Below, piece by piece: positions 14,451 through 28,300 of a stretch of 64,000 bases of DNA; position 1 is the first letter of the stretch; the number at the start of each line of letters is the position of its first letter. Made by a program: the position numbers and the translations under genes. The DNA is from Fimbriosthenelais zetlandica (lineage: Eukaryota). The DNA lies in the NCBI GenBank assembly GCA_977030845.1, contig OZ365112.1:24366001-24430000 (forward strand), given 5' to 3'. A model generated the notes under the pieces. That model saw nothing but the letters and a program-made list of their open reading frames with translations. It was not told where the DNA came from and did no database searches.

Positions 14451-15699
14451 TCTCTTCCCTGGAGGTATCTTATGCATTATGTATTAATGTGAATTGCCAT
14501 AAACGTAGGCAGTCGTACTGGGCAATATTATCTATAGTATCAATGACATTTGTGAAATTATGTGATCTGGACAGTTCAACTAAAAGAAGCCAGGACCACA
14601 TCTGCCAGGTGGTTGTGCAGACAATTACACTGACTGACCTGTCGCACCTGCACGTAGAATAGATGAGAATTAATATTCTTTTTTTCCAGATTTTATACAT
14701 CAATCTAGATTGTATAGACCTGAATGAAAGTACCAGTGCAATTCCCTGCTTAAAGACTTCGGGGAAGAACTTCCTGGGGCCATAATGAAGGTTAAAGAGA
14801 AGTGTAATTAATAGAACTAATGATGGATGCTTGGGAAGGATGCTGAGGGCTGAGGAGAAGGTAGAGGAGCTACACTGTGAATAGATTATTGTCACCTGAG
14901 GCTAACGAGCATCCGAGGTATCGGAAGGGCGCCATGTTTATAGCGGATATAATAGAGGATATAAATATCTACTATACAGCTGGGAAAGGTATAGTAGCCT
15001 ATAAGGTATAGACAGAGAGATCAGGAAACGGAGAGAAATGAGGCTGAATACGGACGAGAGAATCAGGTGACATTAACACATAAACACGACCAGGTGTTTC
15101 AATATATACACACGACCACCTAGACAAACATAGAGTACAGCATGGTGCTCCTATAGCGCTCATAGAGGTGAGGTAATGTAGTACAGCCTACACAGGGGGA
15201 TGTGACATCAAAAATACACGCTATATAGGAGTATTCGTGAGCTAATGGAGTCCTTCCTTTTCTTTAAGAAAGTGTCCACTTACAAAATGTAAAATAAGAT
15301 GGATGTAAGGACGAAAAATGATCAAAGGAAAGAGGAAGTAATAAGTAAACATAAAAGATGAAATGGGAATGTAGTATATGAAAAGGAGATAAAAGGTCAA
15401 GCCAATAACCAAATGGCCGTCCCCCAGTCTATGGCACACCCCAATCACTGCCTACAATGCAGGCGGTCCTATAGTGAAGAGGGACTTTATTACTGGATGC
15501 TATATTGGTGGCCACATTCAGCTTTTCATCTTTTTTTTTATTTTTGTCTGCATCCTGGTCTGCATGGATTCAATCAACATTTCGCCCGCCCATCTCACAA
15601 TAGTAAAAGGCTGGGTTGTGAGTTAGTGCTTAGGGTGGTCACACTACAATAGCTATCACATTGCTTACCCTGCCCGCCTCCTCTCCCAGTTGATCGTTC

Positions 15700-15990
15700 T
15701 AGACAGAAAATGCCTGCTCAGCATTATAGTAACTGCTATTATGGGGCCAAGCCAAAAGTAGGTTTTTTTGCATGCTATAACGCGAACAGATAAACCAGAA
15801 AGGGAAAACATAATGTGCAAGTGCTGTTCCAGGCACCAAATCCAGACGTCTTCCATGTTTTTAAACATTATTTCTGATTGCTGAATAGTCCGTCCTAAAG
15901 TAGATCTATAGTTTAAGGAAGAGATATATTCAAAATACCAGAAACATGTCCGGTATTCTCCGGCCTGACATCTGAGAGTGGTGCAGGACA
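15700..15990 (-). mobile_element. Possible endonuclease remnant of the same LINE
   Basis: FKNMEDVWIW...RVIACKKTYFWLG resembles L1 EN LxDxWR...SRIDYFLI. It lies upstream of the RT relic on the same strand. Confidence 0.28.
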
Positions 15991-18900
15991 AGGGTGGCCG
16001 GGAGAAGGCTGGGGATTATCACTAGAAAGCCTCGCTAATACCCCACCCAAGTCTCCAGTAATAGCTGCTCATTTCCACTCAAAATGAGCGGCAGGATAAG
16101 TAGGTCAGTCTATCAGGTCTGAGACCCTTTCTATAGCCTTTAAATAACCTCCTCCTTTTCTCCAGATAGCATCTAATCATTCCTGTCTCTGGCCCGATCC
16201 CCCATGAAGTCTGTCCTTCTATAATGTAGAGGGGGAGATCCAGCAATGTCAGTGATGCATTTGTGACGCATCGATCCAATGGTGAAAGCATTTAACACAG
16301 GCAATACAATGGTGTGCCCCACACACCAGGGTGATTATCGTAAATACAGCCATATAGAAATCATTAAGCGATCTTGCTATATTTTGGATTTGGCATTAGC
16401 AGTGGGGATATGGATAATACCTATAATAGGATGCATATATATGCCTAATATAGATTAGATCTGGACAAGGATTTAATCAGAGTAACAGACGTGGACCTCG
16501 ACAAAGATTTAATTAGGCACATAATCCTAGATCTGGGCAAGGACTTAATCAAGTAAATAGCTCCGGGCAAAATGTCAGCTCAAAAATATTTTGTTGATGA
16601 AAATCAACGATACATCTATCATAATCGGTCCATTATCTCCCCAAGAACATTTTCCTGAAGAAAAACGGTGCTTCATTGTATATCATTATACTAAATGAAG
16701 ATTTAGTGAGTTAAATCCATCTTTTTCATGTCATTTTTTGTAACATGAACTAACCTCGAACCTAAGCTCACACACCAGCAGCCTACTACAGTAGTGGGGA
16801 ATGCCGAGAAGCCTCAAACCCAAAATAGTTTTTTGATCACTTCCAGATGTTTTAGGGATCGGTGGTTAAGAGAAGAATAACCATTTCACAATTTCAAGGC
16901 ACGAGGATAGATTTAAAGGACTTTCACTTCTCAACTTCTCTCTATTTTGAGCTGTTATCTTCATTGTTGTCAACAGTATAGGTGGTTTTAACTTGATATC
17001 TCCTCCAAAATTTCCCCACATTGATGGGGTGTCCTCAGTTTGAGGTCACCCTTTCCCAGTTTCAATGGCAGGGCATAGACTTGCTCAAGTCTATTTGACT
17101 CATTGCATTTTATTAAATAAAATCTAAATTGCTGAAATCGTCATATTACATAATTATAGAAACAATGACCAAATTATCCAAAGGAGCGTTCAAATAGAAA
17201 AGTATAGGACTTGACTTGTGGGGCAAGAGGGTGGACGTTGACGGTTAGGGGAATTACCTCTTGCTTATGCTTGTAGTCCACGATATATCTGTTCAGAAAA
17301 TATTAATGTAACAGTTCCCAAAAGATAATAGAAATGCGTCATATATGCTGAGGTAATGGATGACTCAAATTACTTTGGGGAAAACATATATCTAGATGAT
17401 TTCACTCCTAAGTCTAACAAGTTCGTATATTTGTTCTTACCGAAAGTTATTTCTGAACAAAGCAGGCTTAACAGATGTCACATGGACCATTGGAAATCAT
17501 GTTAGGGAGCATACTTGTATTATAGTGCATATTATGGTGATCAGAGGGACTGTACAATACCATACTTTCTTCAACAGGGCAAACATGAATCACCAACTTT
17601 CCAAAAATCTCTCAGGGTAATAGCCATTTAAAATACACGAGCCAAATGTTGCAATTAACTGGAAGCATGATGCGTTCCAACACTTGATGTTTTCTAAAGT
17701 TTCGGAGAAAAGCCGAGTGAAAACAAACAGGTGCCTTGTATATCTCTGCGCCTTGTCATGAAGCCGAAGAAAGCTAAGTGACATTTTGCCTCCATGCAAC
17801 ACAGGCTTGTACCACTCCGAGTCACTCCCAGGTGGGCTGCTCCCGTGCCACATACCAAAGCCATGGTGTGAGCAGGAAAAAGTGGGATATTGGGAGGAGT
17901 CAGGGGTGAGGTGCGGGGATGGTTTTTTTCCGAGTTTTTTTTCCATTTCACACTGTGCAAATAATTATACTCAGTGCTATTAAAACTACGACACCGATCA
18001 TAGGCCTATATGCAGATAGAGCACATTGTTTTTCATTACGATATATGATGGGAAGATTTTCTTATTTCCAGATAAAATATGTGCAATATAACAAAATGGA
18101 TGAGAAATTACAATATAATTCACATCACACATACACACATTAATACGGCAATAAATTGGCAATAAAACGAATGATTCGAGACCTCCTAATCGTCTAAAAA
18201 ATTCTACCCTACCCACCGATTTAACCTTTGAAGTACAGTCGGCCTATAAATACCCGATTTATTGGCATTAGTCGGAGTCTAGCCAGCTGTTCTATACATG
18301 AGCGGAAGCTGGCTCCGGCATATATAAGAGGTAGAGATCCTCTCCCATGTCTCTACACATAACAACCATACATTCAGTGTAATAGGTGTAGTGAAATGTA
18401 TAGTCTCTCCCCTCACTACACCATAGATTCTAGTCTCTATAATAATCATACCCCGCAACTAACAACCCCCCTCAACATACTTGGATTTATGGCTTTATAC
18501 CCTGGTATGCATGCTCTTAACATGTTCATACTAGATATCTTAGAAATTGTCTCTAACATCACCCTATCTTTTAACAGCCTTGGTCGTTGAAATAAGATCA
18601 AAATTCGCTGTTTTCTTGGTAAAAACCATCATTTCATGCAGTCGGTTGGGACAAATTGCGTATTGGGTGGCAGTTAGATAATTGCTAGCTCAAGACAGTA
18701 TAATTTGGTCTCATGCCAAAAAGTATCCGAGATTTTTGCTGGCATTTCTTTTTAGAAAATAGCTATGCTTGATACATTAAGTTGGGTACCATTGTATTCC
18801 AAGTATCTGGGAAAGAAATCCCAAGTTTTTATAATGAATTTGTTTTGCTGGGCCCCATTTAAGCCAAAGTCTAAAAGACTTGACACCATAGGCCATGCCA

Positions 18901-19478
18901 GGTGATTGGTGTCTGGGCTGTATCAAGATGGCGTATTGATGAGAAAAAGTTCCCTTTCCCAAGAACAAATCTAATAGTGATACAATGTTGCATTTAACTT
19001 GCGACATTCCCGCGGAATGAGCAGAGGACGCGTGGGAAAGTAAAATGCGACGCTCTTTAGAAACCTAAACTATTTAGAAACATTAACTCTTTTGAAACAT
19101 CAAAGCTATAGAAATATTGATCAACCAATGTACAAACAAACTAGTATTTAAAATGAGAAATCAACTTGTTATAAAAGTGACAATAACCTTATACTTTACA
19201 GCATGTTAGGGCCTATATGGAATTTCAACATTATGATTAGAAAAATGACAAAATTCCAGCAAGAATTCTCTCTCAAGTTGTTTTCACACCCGCAACATAA
19301 ATTCTACGGTAAATCATAGAAGAGTGAGCACCTCGCCAAGCCTCCACCTCCTCCTCTCCCATCCTCACCCAACCAGCCACCACTACCGCCACCACCACCC
19401 ATGCACACCTGTCCCCCGTCCTCCCTCTCACACCTTACACACCTACAGGTGGGTTAGTATAGAAATAACCATACTTAC

Positions 19479-19613
19479 AAAGAAGATGAATCCATAGATG
19501 ATGACCAAAGCCTTGCAAGCGCAAAATCCAGTACATGTCTTCTTCTTTCTGGGAGAAGTATCCAAAGAATCCTCCTTGGTGTGGAGCGGCTGTTGATCCG
19601 AGGCTGCCATCAT
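19479..19613 (-). CDS. First coding exon of a tetraspanin-like gene (TSPAN6/7/3-type N-terminus); remaining exons apparently lie left of the window
   Basis: ATG at 19613 gives 45 codons, MMAASDQQPLHTKEDSLDTSPRKKKTCTGFCACKALVIIYGFIFF, followed by a phase-0 GTAAGTAT donor. CKALVIIYGFIFF matches the tetraspanin TM1 pattern (recalled TSPAN7 CLKTLLIIYSFVFW, which also ends its first exon there). No exon 2 found in 1-19478. Confidence 0.6.
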
Positions 19614-22371
19614 GGGGGTTGGATTATGAGTGTTGGTAGGAATCCAGCCGGCCCAGACGCTCCTCCCCTTCCTCGCTCCTCATTGGTTGATGTCTGTGAA
19701 CACTTGGTGGTCATGTGCTTGTATAGGAGGAGGGGCGTAGAGTCACAAGCACGTGGCTATGTTTACAGTATACATATGGGCGTCTCAGACCTAGAAAATG
19801 ATATACATGTAACTATAGTAAATTATGAGAATATAAAGCAAAATAAAACTCTTTTTTAGACAAGGAAGGATTGAATTACATTAAAAAAAGAACGACAGAA
19901 TTCCTATTTTCCAGTTTATTTTTCATCATACAGAACCTCCCTATATATAAGAGTGACAAATAGCATGTGTGTAGATGGTTAGATAATTATTTATAACCGC
20001 TCGACTAACACAAAACATAGATTTAACCCAATGTTAGTAACAAAGAAGTGTCCCGCAAGAAATCTACAGTCCCTATGATCATCATAATATACACTATACA
20101 AGTAGGCTACCGAACATGCTTTTCTGACAATAGCACGATGTTTGTGCATTTTAAAGTTTTGTTTTATTTATATATATCCAGATTACACATTATGTTTTTA
20201 TGTAAAATATTAACCATTGGTAGGCATATGAGGAAATTGCATCTATTTAGTTCACGTACATGTATATGGAATCTAGATCACAAAATGTTCCGATCTAAGT
20301 CCAAAAATACACCGTATATTGAAAATAAAGTAAGGTTGTTTTTTCATGGGACATAATGTGAAAAATGTAAGGCTACAAAATTATCATGCACTCAATCCAT
20401 GGGTGCAAAAGTTGCCATTAACATGCCTTAATCTCAACGATACTGGGGTTAACCAATAACATTCATTGTCATCCTTTTAAGAAGAAAGGTTTTATAGACA
20501 GAAAAGTGTTCTGAACAGTTTAAGCATTTAATATTAGACGAAGGCATGAAATTATCCTTGTATTTTAAGATGACGAAACCCTGTATTTAACACATTGAAA
20601 AGAATCCCACACAAATATATCCTACTGACCATTCTAGTCTAAATCCTTGTACAAATACTAGAACCGAATGAACAAAGTCATTCCATAGAAAAAAAGCCCA
20701 ATCACTAAATGGATAAAAGAACCTCCTACAAAGCTCCCACATTGCATCTAATACCCCGCAAAAATTTTGAATTTTTTTAATTATAATATAAATAGAGAAT
20801 AAATGTTCATATTATGAATATTTATTCTCTATGTGACCCAAAGGATGAATCACTAACAAATGGGACTAATGACAATCGGCATACAACTAACTTACACTAA
20901 CAGGGAATGTCCAATAGAAACCAAGTTATCACAAACCTTATTTTGGTCTCGGAAGAAATCAGTGTTGAATAACAATTGTTCCATTAACGTAATCAAAAAC
21001 AATAAATATGTGCGAGAGAAACAAGAAACAAGCACTCAATAGTGACGAGCTATATAACAGGCGAAAAATGAGAATGTAAGGCCCAACTGTCTGATCGGCA
21101 CGTCATCGCTACTAAATTGCACATCTAAATCGGACACCTCAGAACTGTATTACAAATATATAGGACCTTAATGTAACCTAGACAAGGTATCACTCGCATT
21201 ATATATCTACAAATCAGATATGTATTGGTTGTATTATATATTACTTTCCTCGTTTGTATCCTAATTATTTTCAAGTAATGAACTGATTCACCTACCCCTA
21301 ATTTTCCCACCCCCACAACCAGATCAAGGCCCCCTCTTCCCATCTCCTTCGGAGCACAAATCTTGATCCATTTCTTCTTGGTTCACCTTTTACAACACAT
21401 GATCTTTTCCAGAGATTTTCCCTCAGAAATCCTATCCTCTAAGATGAATGCTAGTGGGGGGAACCACTTTGTAGTTCGCACCCCTGAAATTTGCAACTAT
21501 AGACAGTCCAACAATGAGATACCATTCAGAAAAAGTGAAATAACCTTGCTTGTTATTGGACCTAACATCTCGTGTTATTCTTCAGCAAAATCTGTGACTT
21601 TACACCTTTTGATTTCTAGCTGCTAAAGGACCAGAACATAACAGAATGCCACTTGTTTCCAGTGCAATATCCACGAGTGTTCTACCAACAGATACATGAT
21701 GGTCAAGTTATACTTTACAGAATCATTCCTACAATGGTGTCCTACCATTATGAGATATTCCCATTTTATCTTGAAAATATATTCCAGTGAAACAAACCAC
21801 AACATAAATATGCATAACATACAGCTCAACTTACGGCATACATTTCAGTGCAAATTTTGTCAGAATATAGAATAATATATTTTAAACATATTTTTAAAAC
21901 ATGGTGGTTAGATTTCCGTCTCGATGTATTACTTCTCATTATTTGAATGTTAATCAGCAGTTCTGTGTGTTGGTATTTGTCATTCCTTGTTGGATTATAT
22001 AAGATCAATGATACATTTATTACATGATGTGAGAATAGACATGTGTAATGTACCTTTACTCTGCATTACCTTCAGTCTTGATCCGTAATCTGCATCAACT
22101 GCATTTTATATTTGTGATATCAGTGAAAAACAAATTGCATATGTGAATCAAAGATACCACAATGGCTTTTTGGTGTCATGACTCTTGAATCTTTGTCATC
22201 ATCAGAATTTCCCATCGATCCAGTATGAATCCAAACCAGCGGAAAAGGTGAAAATGTTGAAATAGTTTAGTTAAAACCCAACATTAGAATTAGTCACTAA
22301 ACATCAGTATAAGTAACTATAGGTCGAGCTAGGTCCACGATGGTTACTTGTCAACATCAACAGTCCCTTCC

Positions 22372-25300
22372 TCAGGACTGAAATTATAAAGAAAATAGAA
22401 CATAGATGATATATCTAGGACAAAGATATAGATTTACTTCGTCAGAAATTCAATGTACTCTAGTTCACTAATGTCAAAATGAATGGTTTTATTTCTTACC
22501 TTATTTCGCCATTTACTTCTCTGGCTATTTCAACACCTTCCTGTTCGGCCTCATTCTATGAAATGACAAATACGGAAATCAGATTTGGAGTAATATATTC
22601 ATGAAAATTCAACATTGAAATGAAAATTAGAACTCAAATGAAGTCAAATTAGTCAAAGTAAGAACTTTCAAATTAGTAAGAAATCAATTATATTAATTTG
22701 AAAAGAAACAAACGCAAACTCACCCAGCAACAAGAAAGCAAAGTCCAAAGCAAGAGAATGACAGCAGAAAACAGGCAGAAAAAGTGATAGGCAGTGCGGG
22801 AGGGCCTTTTTGTTAAGGACCAAGTGAGAACGGCAGTGCGGGAGGGCCTTTGTTAAGGACCAAGTGAGAACGGCAGTGCGGGAGGGCCTTTGTTAAGGAC
22901 CAAGTGAGAACGGCAGTGCGGGAGGGCCTTTTTGGTAAGGACCAAGTGAGAACGGCAGCGAGGGAGGGCTTTTGTGGAAAGGACCAAGTGAGAACGGCAG
23001 CGAGGGAGGGCCTTTGTGGAAAGGACCAAGTGAGATAGGCAGCGAGGGAGGGCCTTTGTGGAAAGGACCAAGTGAGAACGGCAGCGAGGGAGGGCCTTTG
23101 TGGAAAGGACCAAGTGAGATAGGCAGCGAGGGAGGGCCTTTGTGGAAAGGACCAAGTGAGAACGGCAGCGAGGGAGGGCCTTTGTGGAAAGGACCAAGTG
23201 AGAACGGCAGCGAGGGAGGGCCTTTGTGGAAAGGACCAAGTGAGATAGGCAGCGAGGGAGGGCCTTTGTGGAAAGGACCAAGTGAGAACGGCAGTACGGG
23301 AGGGCCTTTTTGGTAAGGACCAAGTGAGAACGGTAGCGAGGGAGGGCCTTTGTGGAAAGGACCAAGTGAGAACGGCAGTACGGGAGGGCCTTTTTGGTAA
23401 GGACCAAGTGAGAACGGCAGCGAGGGAGGGCTTTTGTGGAAAGGACCAAGTGAGAACGGCAGCGAGGGAGGGCCTTTGTGGAAAGGACCAAGTGAGAACG
23501 GCAGCGAGGGAGGGCCTTTGTGGAAAGGACCAAGTGAGATAGGCAGCGAGGGAGGGCCTTTGTGGAAAGGACCAAGTGAGAACGGCAGTACGGGAGGGCC
23601 TTTTTGGTAAGGACCAAGTGAGAACGGTAGCGAGGGAGGGCCTTTGTGGAAAGGACCAAGTGAGAACGGCAGTGCGGGAGGGCCTTTTTGGAAAGGACCA
23701 AGTGAGATAGGCAGTGCGGGAGGGCCTTTTTCGTAAGGACCAAGTGAGAACGGCAGTGCGGGAGGGCCTTTGTGGAAAGGACCAAGTGAGAACGGCAGTG
23801 TGGGAGGGCCTTTGTGGTAAGGACCAAATGAGAGGGGCAGAGAGAGGGAATTGAAGCAAAGTGTGAAGCAGGCAAAATAATCAGTCAGTAAAATAGCCAG
23901 AGTCAAATAAACAAGCAGAATATAAACAGAGTAATTTCCTGTTAAGCATAAATTTGTCATGCAGACCTTTGAGTCAGTTAGAGGGATGGTAGTAGTGGAG
24001 ACATGGTCCACACTTTGTAGGTCCTTGTTACCAGTGTCCACGATAGGTGGCGACTCTGTGACAGGTTTGACAGGAGGAGAGGAGGGTGGTGTGCTTGTAG
24101 TAGAGACCTCGCTAATCTGTTAGTGAGGAGAGAGAGATAAGCCTCATGCTCAGGTAGTCATCTCTATCCACCAGTTAATACCTTGACCCATAGTAATGAT
24201 TTAAAAATATTCAGGATAGGGGAAATAGAAAATCCAAGCAAAAGCAAGGGGTGGGGTGTAGGCTACATGCATTATGGTGACATGGCATTATTTTTGCAAC
24301 ATAATTAATTGGAATATTATTTAAAATAATCAACCAAATCATCTTGCGCGAGTCAGTTCAAAATTATCAAAAATGATCATTAGTTTTAGGAGTAGATACT
24401 GAAATTTGAAATGACTTTGAAATGACAGCTTTCCACCCAAAGTTGGGGTGGGGCACAGACCCTATCAACAGTATCGATTTTTTGCGTATACTTACCATAG
24501 AAAATCTACAATTTTCTCCATACCGCTTTGCCTACTATACATTTGAATCTACTGATATTTATGGTAGGACTACATATTATTCTGGTCTCAGCTATAATTT
24601 CACGTTATATTTTTCTGGCTATAAGTTGACGGTACCTGTGAGATAGATTTATTGAGTGAGGTATCAGGACTGCGCGTGTCATCACTCAGTATGCTGGTAG
24701 CGGACCCGCTGCTGTGAGTACGTCGCTTGGCTGGCTTGAGGCTGGCCTTCAGTGGACCTTGTCTCGTCTTATTTTGACCTGGATCCGGGGACTGCTGGAT
24801 CTGCATGTGGTACTTATAGGTGCCTTCTGTACTCTCCACTTGGCCTGTTCAAAACAGAAACATTTTCTTCAACAATATGCAACAATATTTATGCAGAAAT
24901 AGAAATATCCAAATTATTATTCAACAGACTGAATTTCTTCGTATGGAGAGGAGAACAATTAGGTCTACAAATTACATTACGAATGTATCAATAGAAAGAA
25001 AATATGGGTATACTCAGTATTGAAGAACTGACCTGAGGAGAGGCTAAAACTGCGGCCCTTGACGCCCACATCTTGTTTGGTGGGAGACCACCAGTTGAGC
25101 AGAGACCCTACCAGAGGCACCTGGCGGAGGACGCCCTAAACAGAGGAACAGCAATACATGAATGCCTCACTCAATACTTATTTCACCATTGGATAGTTTT
25201 TATATAATTTTAATGATTTAAAAATCTACCTCTTGTAGAAGTTTGTCCTGGTTTTCTCTCTCCAGGTCCACGTTGGCTCTCTCAATACCTTGTCTTACCA

Positions 25301-28300
25301 CTTCTGACATGGTCTCAAGGAACTGCAAAATTTTACAATAACCATTTTTAATCTCCTTAAAATCTTTATTAAAAATAAAGTCCTTTCGAATACTTTTCAA
25401 CATCTGTTGAATTCATTAAGAATACAATGGGTAATTTCTCTCTTGTTTTTTGTAAGTATTAAATCATTTTACCTTTGAGGACTCCTCAACTTCTTTGCCT
25501 GTGGTGTAGACGAGGCCGATCAACTCCTCCAGGTCTGTTTCGTCCATGATGAGACCAAATCTGACACAGGCCAGCGAGTCTACGGTCATACCTACATAGA
25601 CAGCTCTTATATTAATACTGCATCAAATACATCAAACCATTAAGTAATCATCATTTCATCCAGTGATTTGAAATAAAAGTATGTGGAGATGTTAATAGCT
25701 CATTGGGCGACCTGATCTATGGAATATTAAGCTTATCAAATCAAATCTATATCAATGATACGGACCTAGAGAGAAGGCCGTGTCGGCAGATTTCAGGTGC
25801 TGGACTAGCTGCGTGTTGAGCTGGTTAATCTCTTTACAGGCTATCTCAGGTAGATTATCCAGCTGGCTCATCCACTGCTCGGGTATGTACCTAATAATGG
25901 AGAAAATCCAAACCAATCACACCTTAAACTTAGTACAAATTCTTCTCCAATGTATTATCTTTTTCCCCCCCCCCTTTTTTAGGTACGGGTACTTTGAACA
26001 TACCCCTTGAGGCAGTGAAAATGACCTGGAAAGCTCGGAACCAAAAACCTTAAATAAAGATGAAATGTGTCAGACTTACTGGACTGCGCCGAGGCCGGCC
26101 CAGTTGGGGAGGTTGACGAGCCGCAGGTTGTCCTGCGCCTCTACAATGTCCTGGAAGTCGCTCCTCTGTCCTACTGTAGCGTTAAGGATACGGAGCTGGT
26201 GGTCAAGGCACTTCTTAAACATAGCCATGTCTTCAGTCTGAGTGTCCACAGCTACATCAAAGACAACAGGATTTTGTAAGCAAGATATGAATTATTTGCT
26301 ATTGTTAAGGCAACTATAAGGTCTTTTAATTTCCATGTCTTATAAATGGTTTTTCTAAATTGTTTTTGTTTGAGCGATGAACTTACTGTGAGCTGACTCC
26401 AGGGCACAGAACCGTACACAGATGCCCTCTCCATCAACCTCTACAGTGGAAATGTTCACTTTTGGGATCTCTCTCTTCATGGTCTCCGACAACTAGAAAC
26501 AAAGATTCAGTCAGTTAATCCATCCATCAATCATTAGGTCAGATACTACATGTACTGATACAGATACAGTGAAGAACTCACCCATAAGTTGAGAGCATCA
26601 AAGTATGGATCTTTGTCCCTGTAGTCGATCTCTCCATTTTGAGAATCCGCCTCTTCGTTGTTTGGAACTAAAAAAATACAGATAATGAAAAAATGTAATC
26701 AAATGATGCTATATACGAATACAAAAAATTAAGAAAAGTCCTAATAATGACATTAATTGGCTAGGATAATTGAGAAATTCACATACTTGGCTTTTTGGAG
26801 TCTTGGTAGCGGAACACAATGGTTGGATTTTCAATTTCAAATATAATCTGCAAAGAACATCAATCATAACCGTCTAAATCAACTTTTAATATTATTGAGA
26901 GATAAAATTTGAATGCTCATATAAACTCATTTATCAAAATTTGAAGTCATTTGTTATGTATTTATTATAGTTACCAATAAGCAGCGTGAGATTTTATAGA
27001 AAACAGTTTTCAAAAATTGATGTGGAATTATCATGCACATAGTTAATCTCAAGGGAAAAGGGAGGCTGAAAGGGTGCTCGGAGATATGCGATCAGAACAT
27101 GTATACAGGTAAATCTAACCCATATTCTTAAAATGACTAAATTATAAACACGCCTATATGACACAAACGATACACTAGACATCCACTAAATACTGCAGTC
27201 TCAAAAGAACACTATAAATTTTGACCATTGCGTCTCTCTATCACAAATTCATCGGGAAATCTAAAATGTTTATTGGTGCACTGAGTGCGTAGCCAGACAT
27301 GGACATAGATGTTGACTTTAGTGAGTGGTTTGTTCACAATTAACAGGGGCCTCCTTCAAAACAAAGATGCGCTACAATAAGCCCATAATCGTATCATTAG
27401 CTAATGTAGCGTTCCGATGTCATTCATGAAAAGGGCCCCAGGTGTTTACAATAGGTGCTCAACGTGTTCAATCAAATTGTACGCCAGACTAGACGTAAGC
27501 CATTATTTTTACCTACCAATATCTTGCGTAAGTTCTGTGGCGAAATCATATGGAATATTGGTTATTTGTGGTTGATTTTGTTGTTGCCAAAACATGCACA
27601 AACGTAGGAAATGGAAGAGAGAGGTGCGACAAAGGTTATCATGCTTTGACATGGGTGAGGATTAGTGGGGCTTGGGGAGGGGTGGGGATATAACAAAATT
27701 ATGTTTTGGGATCCCAGAGCACGCGTTCAGCCAGCCTTTTGTGACGTTGGGTAGGGCCGACTTACAAGAGCACTAATTGCTTTAGAGATTAGATCACCAA
27801 TACCAGGCTTGTGAGCCGGCACGTCCTCCTCATCCTCAGCTCGCTTCACGCCCTGGGTTCACAAGTCAACACACTGGTCATGCACAAACAGTCTAATGTT
27901 TCTTAGGGAATATTTCCCCACGAGGAAATGAATTGCCTTAAAAATTCTATCGGAAAATATTAGCCTTGTGAGAGAAAAATGATCATTGGATTTATAGGAA
28001 AGGTCAGAGGTAAAATATAGAAATGGTTTAGCACCTCAATATTCAGTTAAAAGGCACCTTAAATCCCATGCAGCCTGGGAGTTAATTGACTGAATTTGGT
28101 TAAGTTAAGGACCTTTCATGCTTAAATATAAGACTGAAAAGATTTAAAATGTCGGTAATTTTATCCCATATCTTTACTTGTCTGCTTCTGAGCAGCCTTA
28201 CAGAAGAAATTCATTTTTACACACATGCAAGGCTACAGATTATCTGACTGAGACTTCTCTGGTTAGGAGTCTGTGAATACAAGGAATACTTACCACTAGC

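Noticed and set aside
17590-17960. Minus-strand ORFs as tetraspanin exon 2 (LVCGTGAAHLG)
   Set aside because: There is no suitable acceptor or donor, and the TM1-end/TM2 pattern (GxxLLxxGxW...GxxGCxG) is missing.
161-19007. The many 60-150-aa ORFs in the left 19 kb as host genes or an endogenous virus
   Set aside because: They are short, frequently start at non-ATG codons, show no viral hallmark motifs that I recognise, and are better explained as chance ORFs and LINE debris.
22782-23833. CRISPR array
   Set aside because: The units are contiguous with no unique spacers, there are no cas genes, and the context is a eukaryotic intron. The same applies to the 36-, 40- and 52-bp repeats.
22813-23875. 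340-380-aa ORFs in all three minus frames, plus short plus-strand ORFs, as stand-alone genes
   Set aside because: They are a by-product of a stop-free 42-bp (3n) repeat unit. There is no independent start context or domain.
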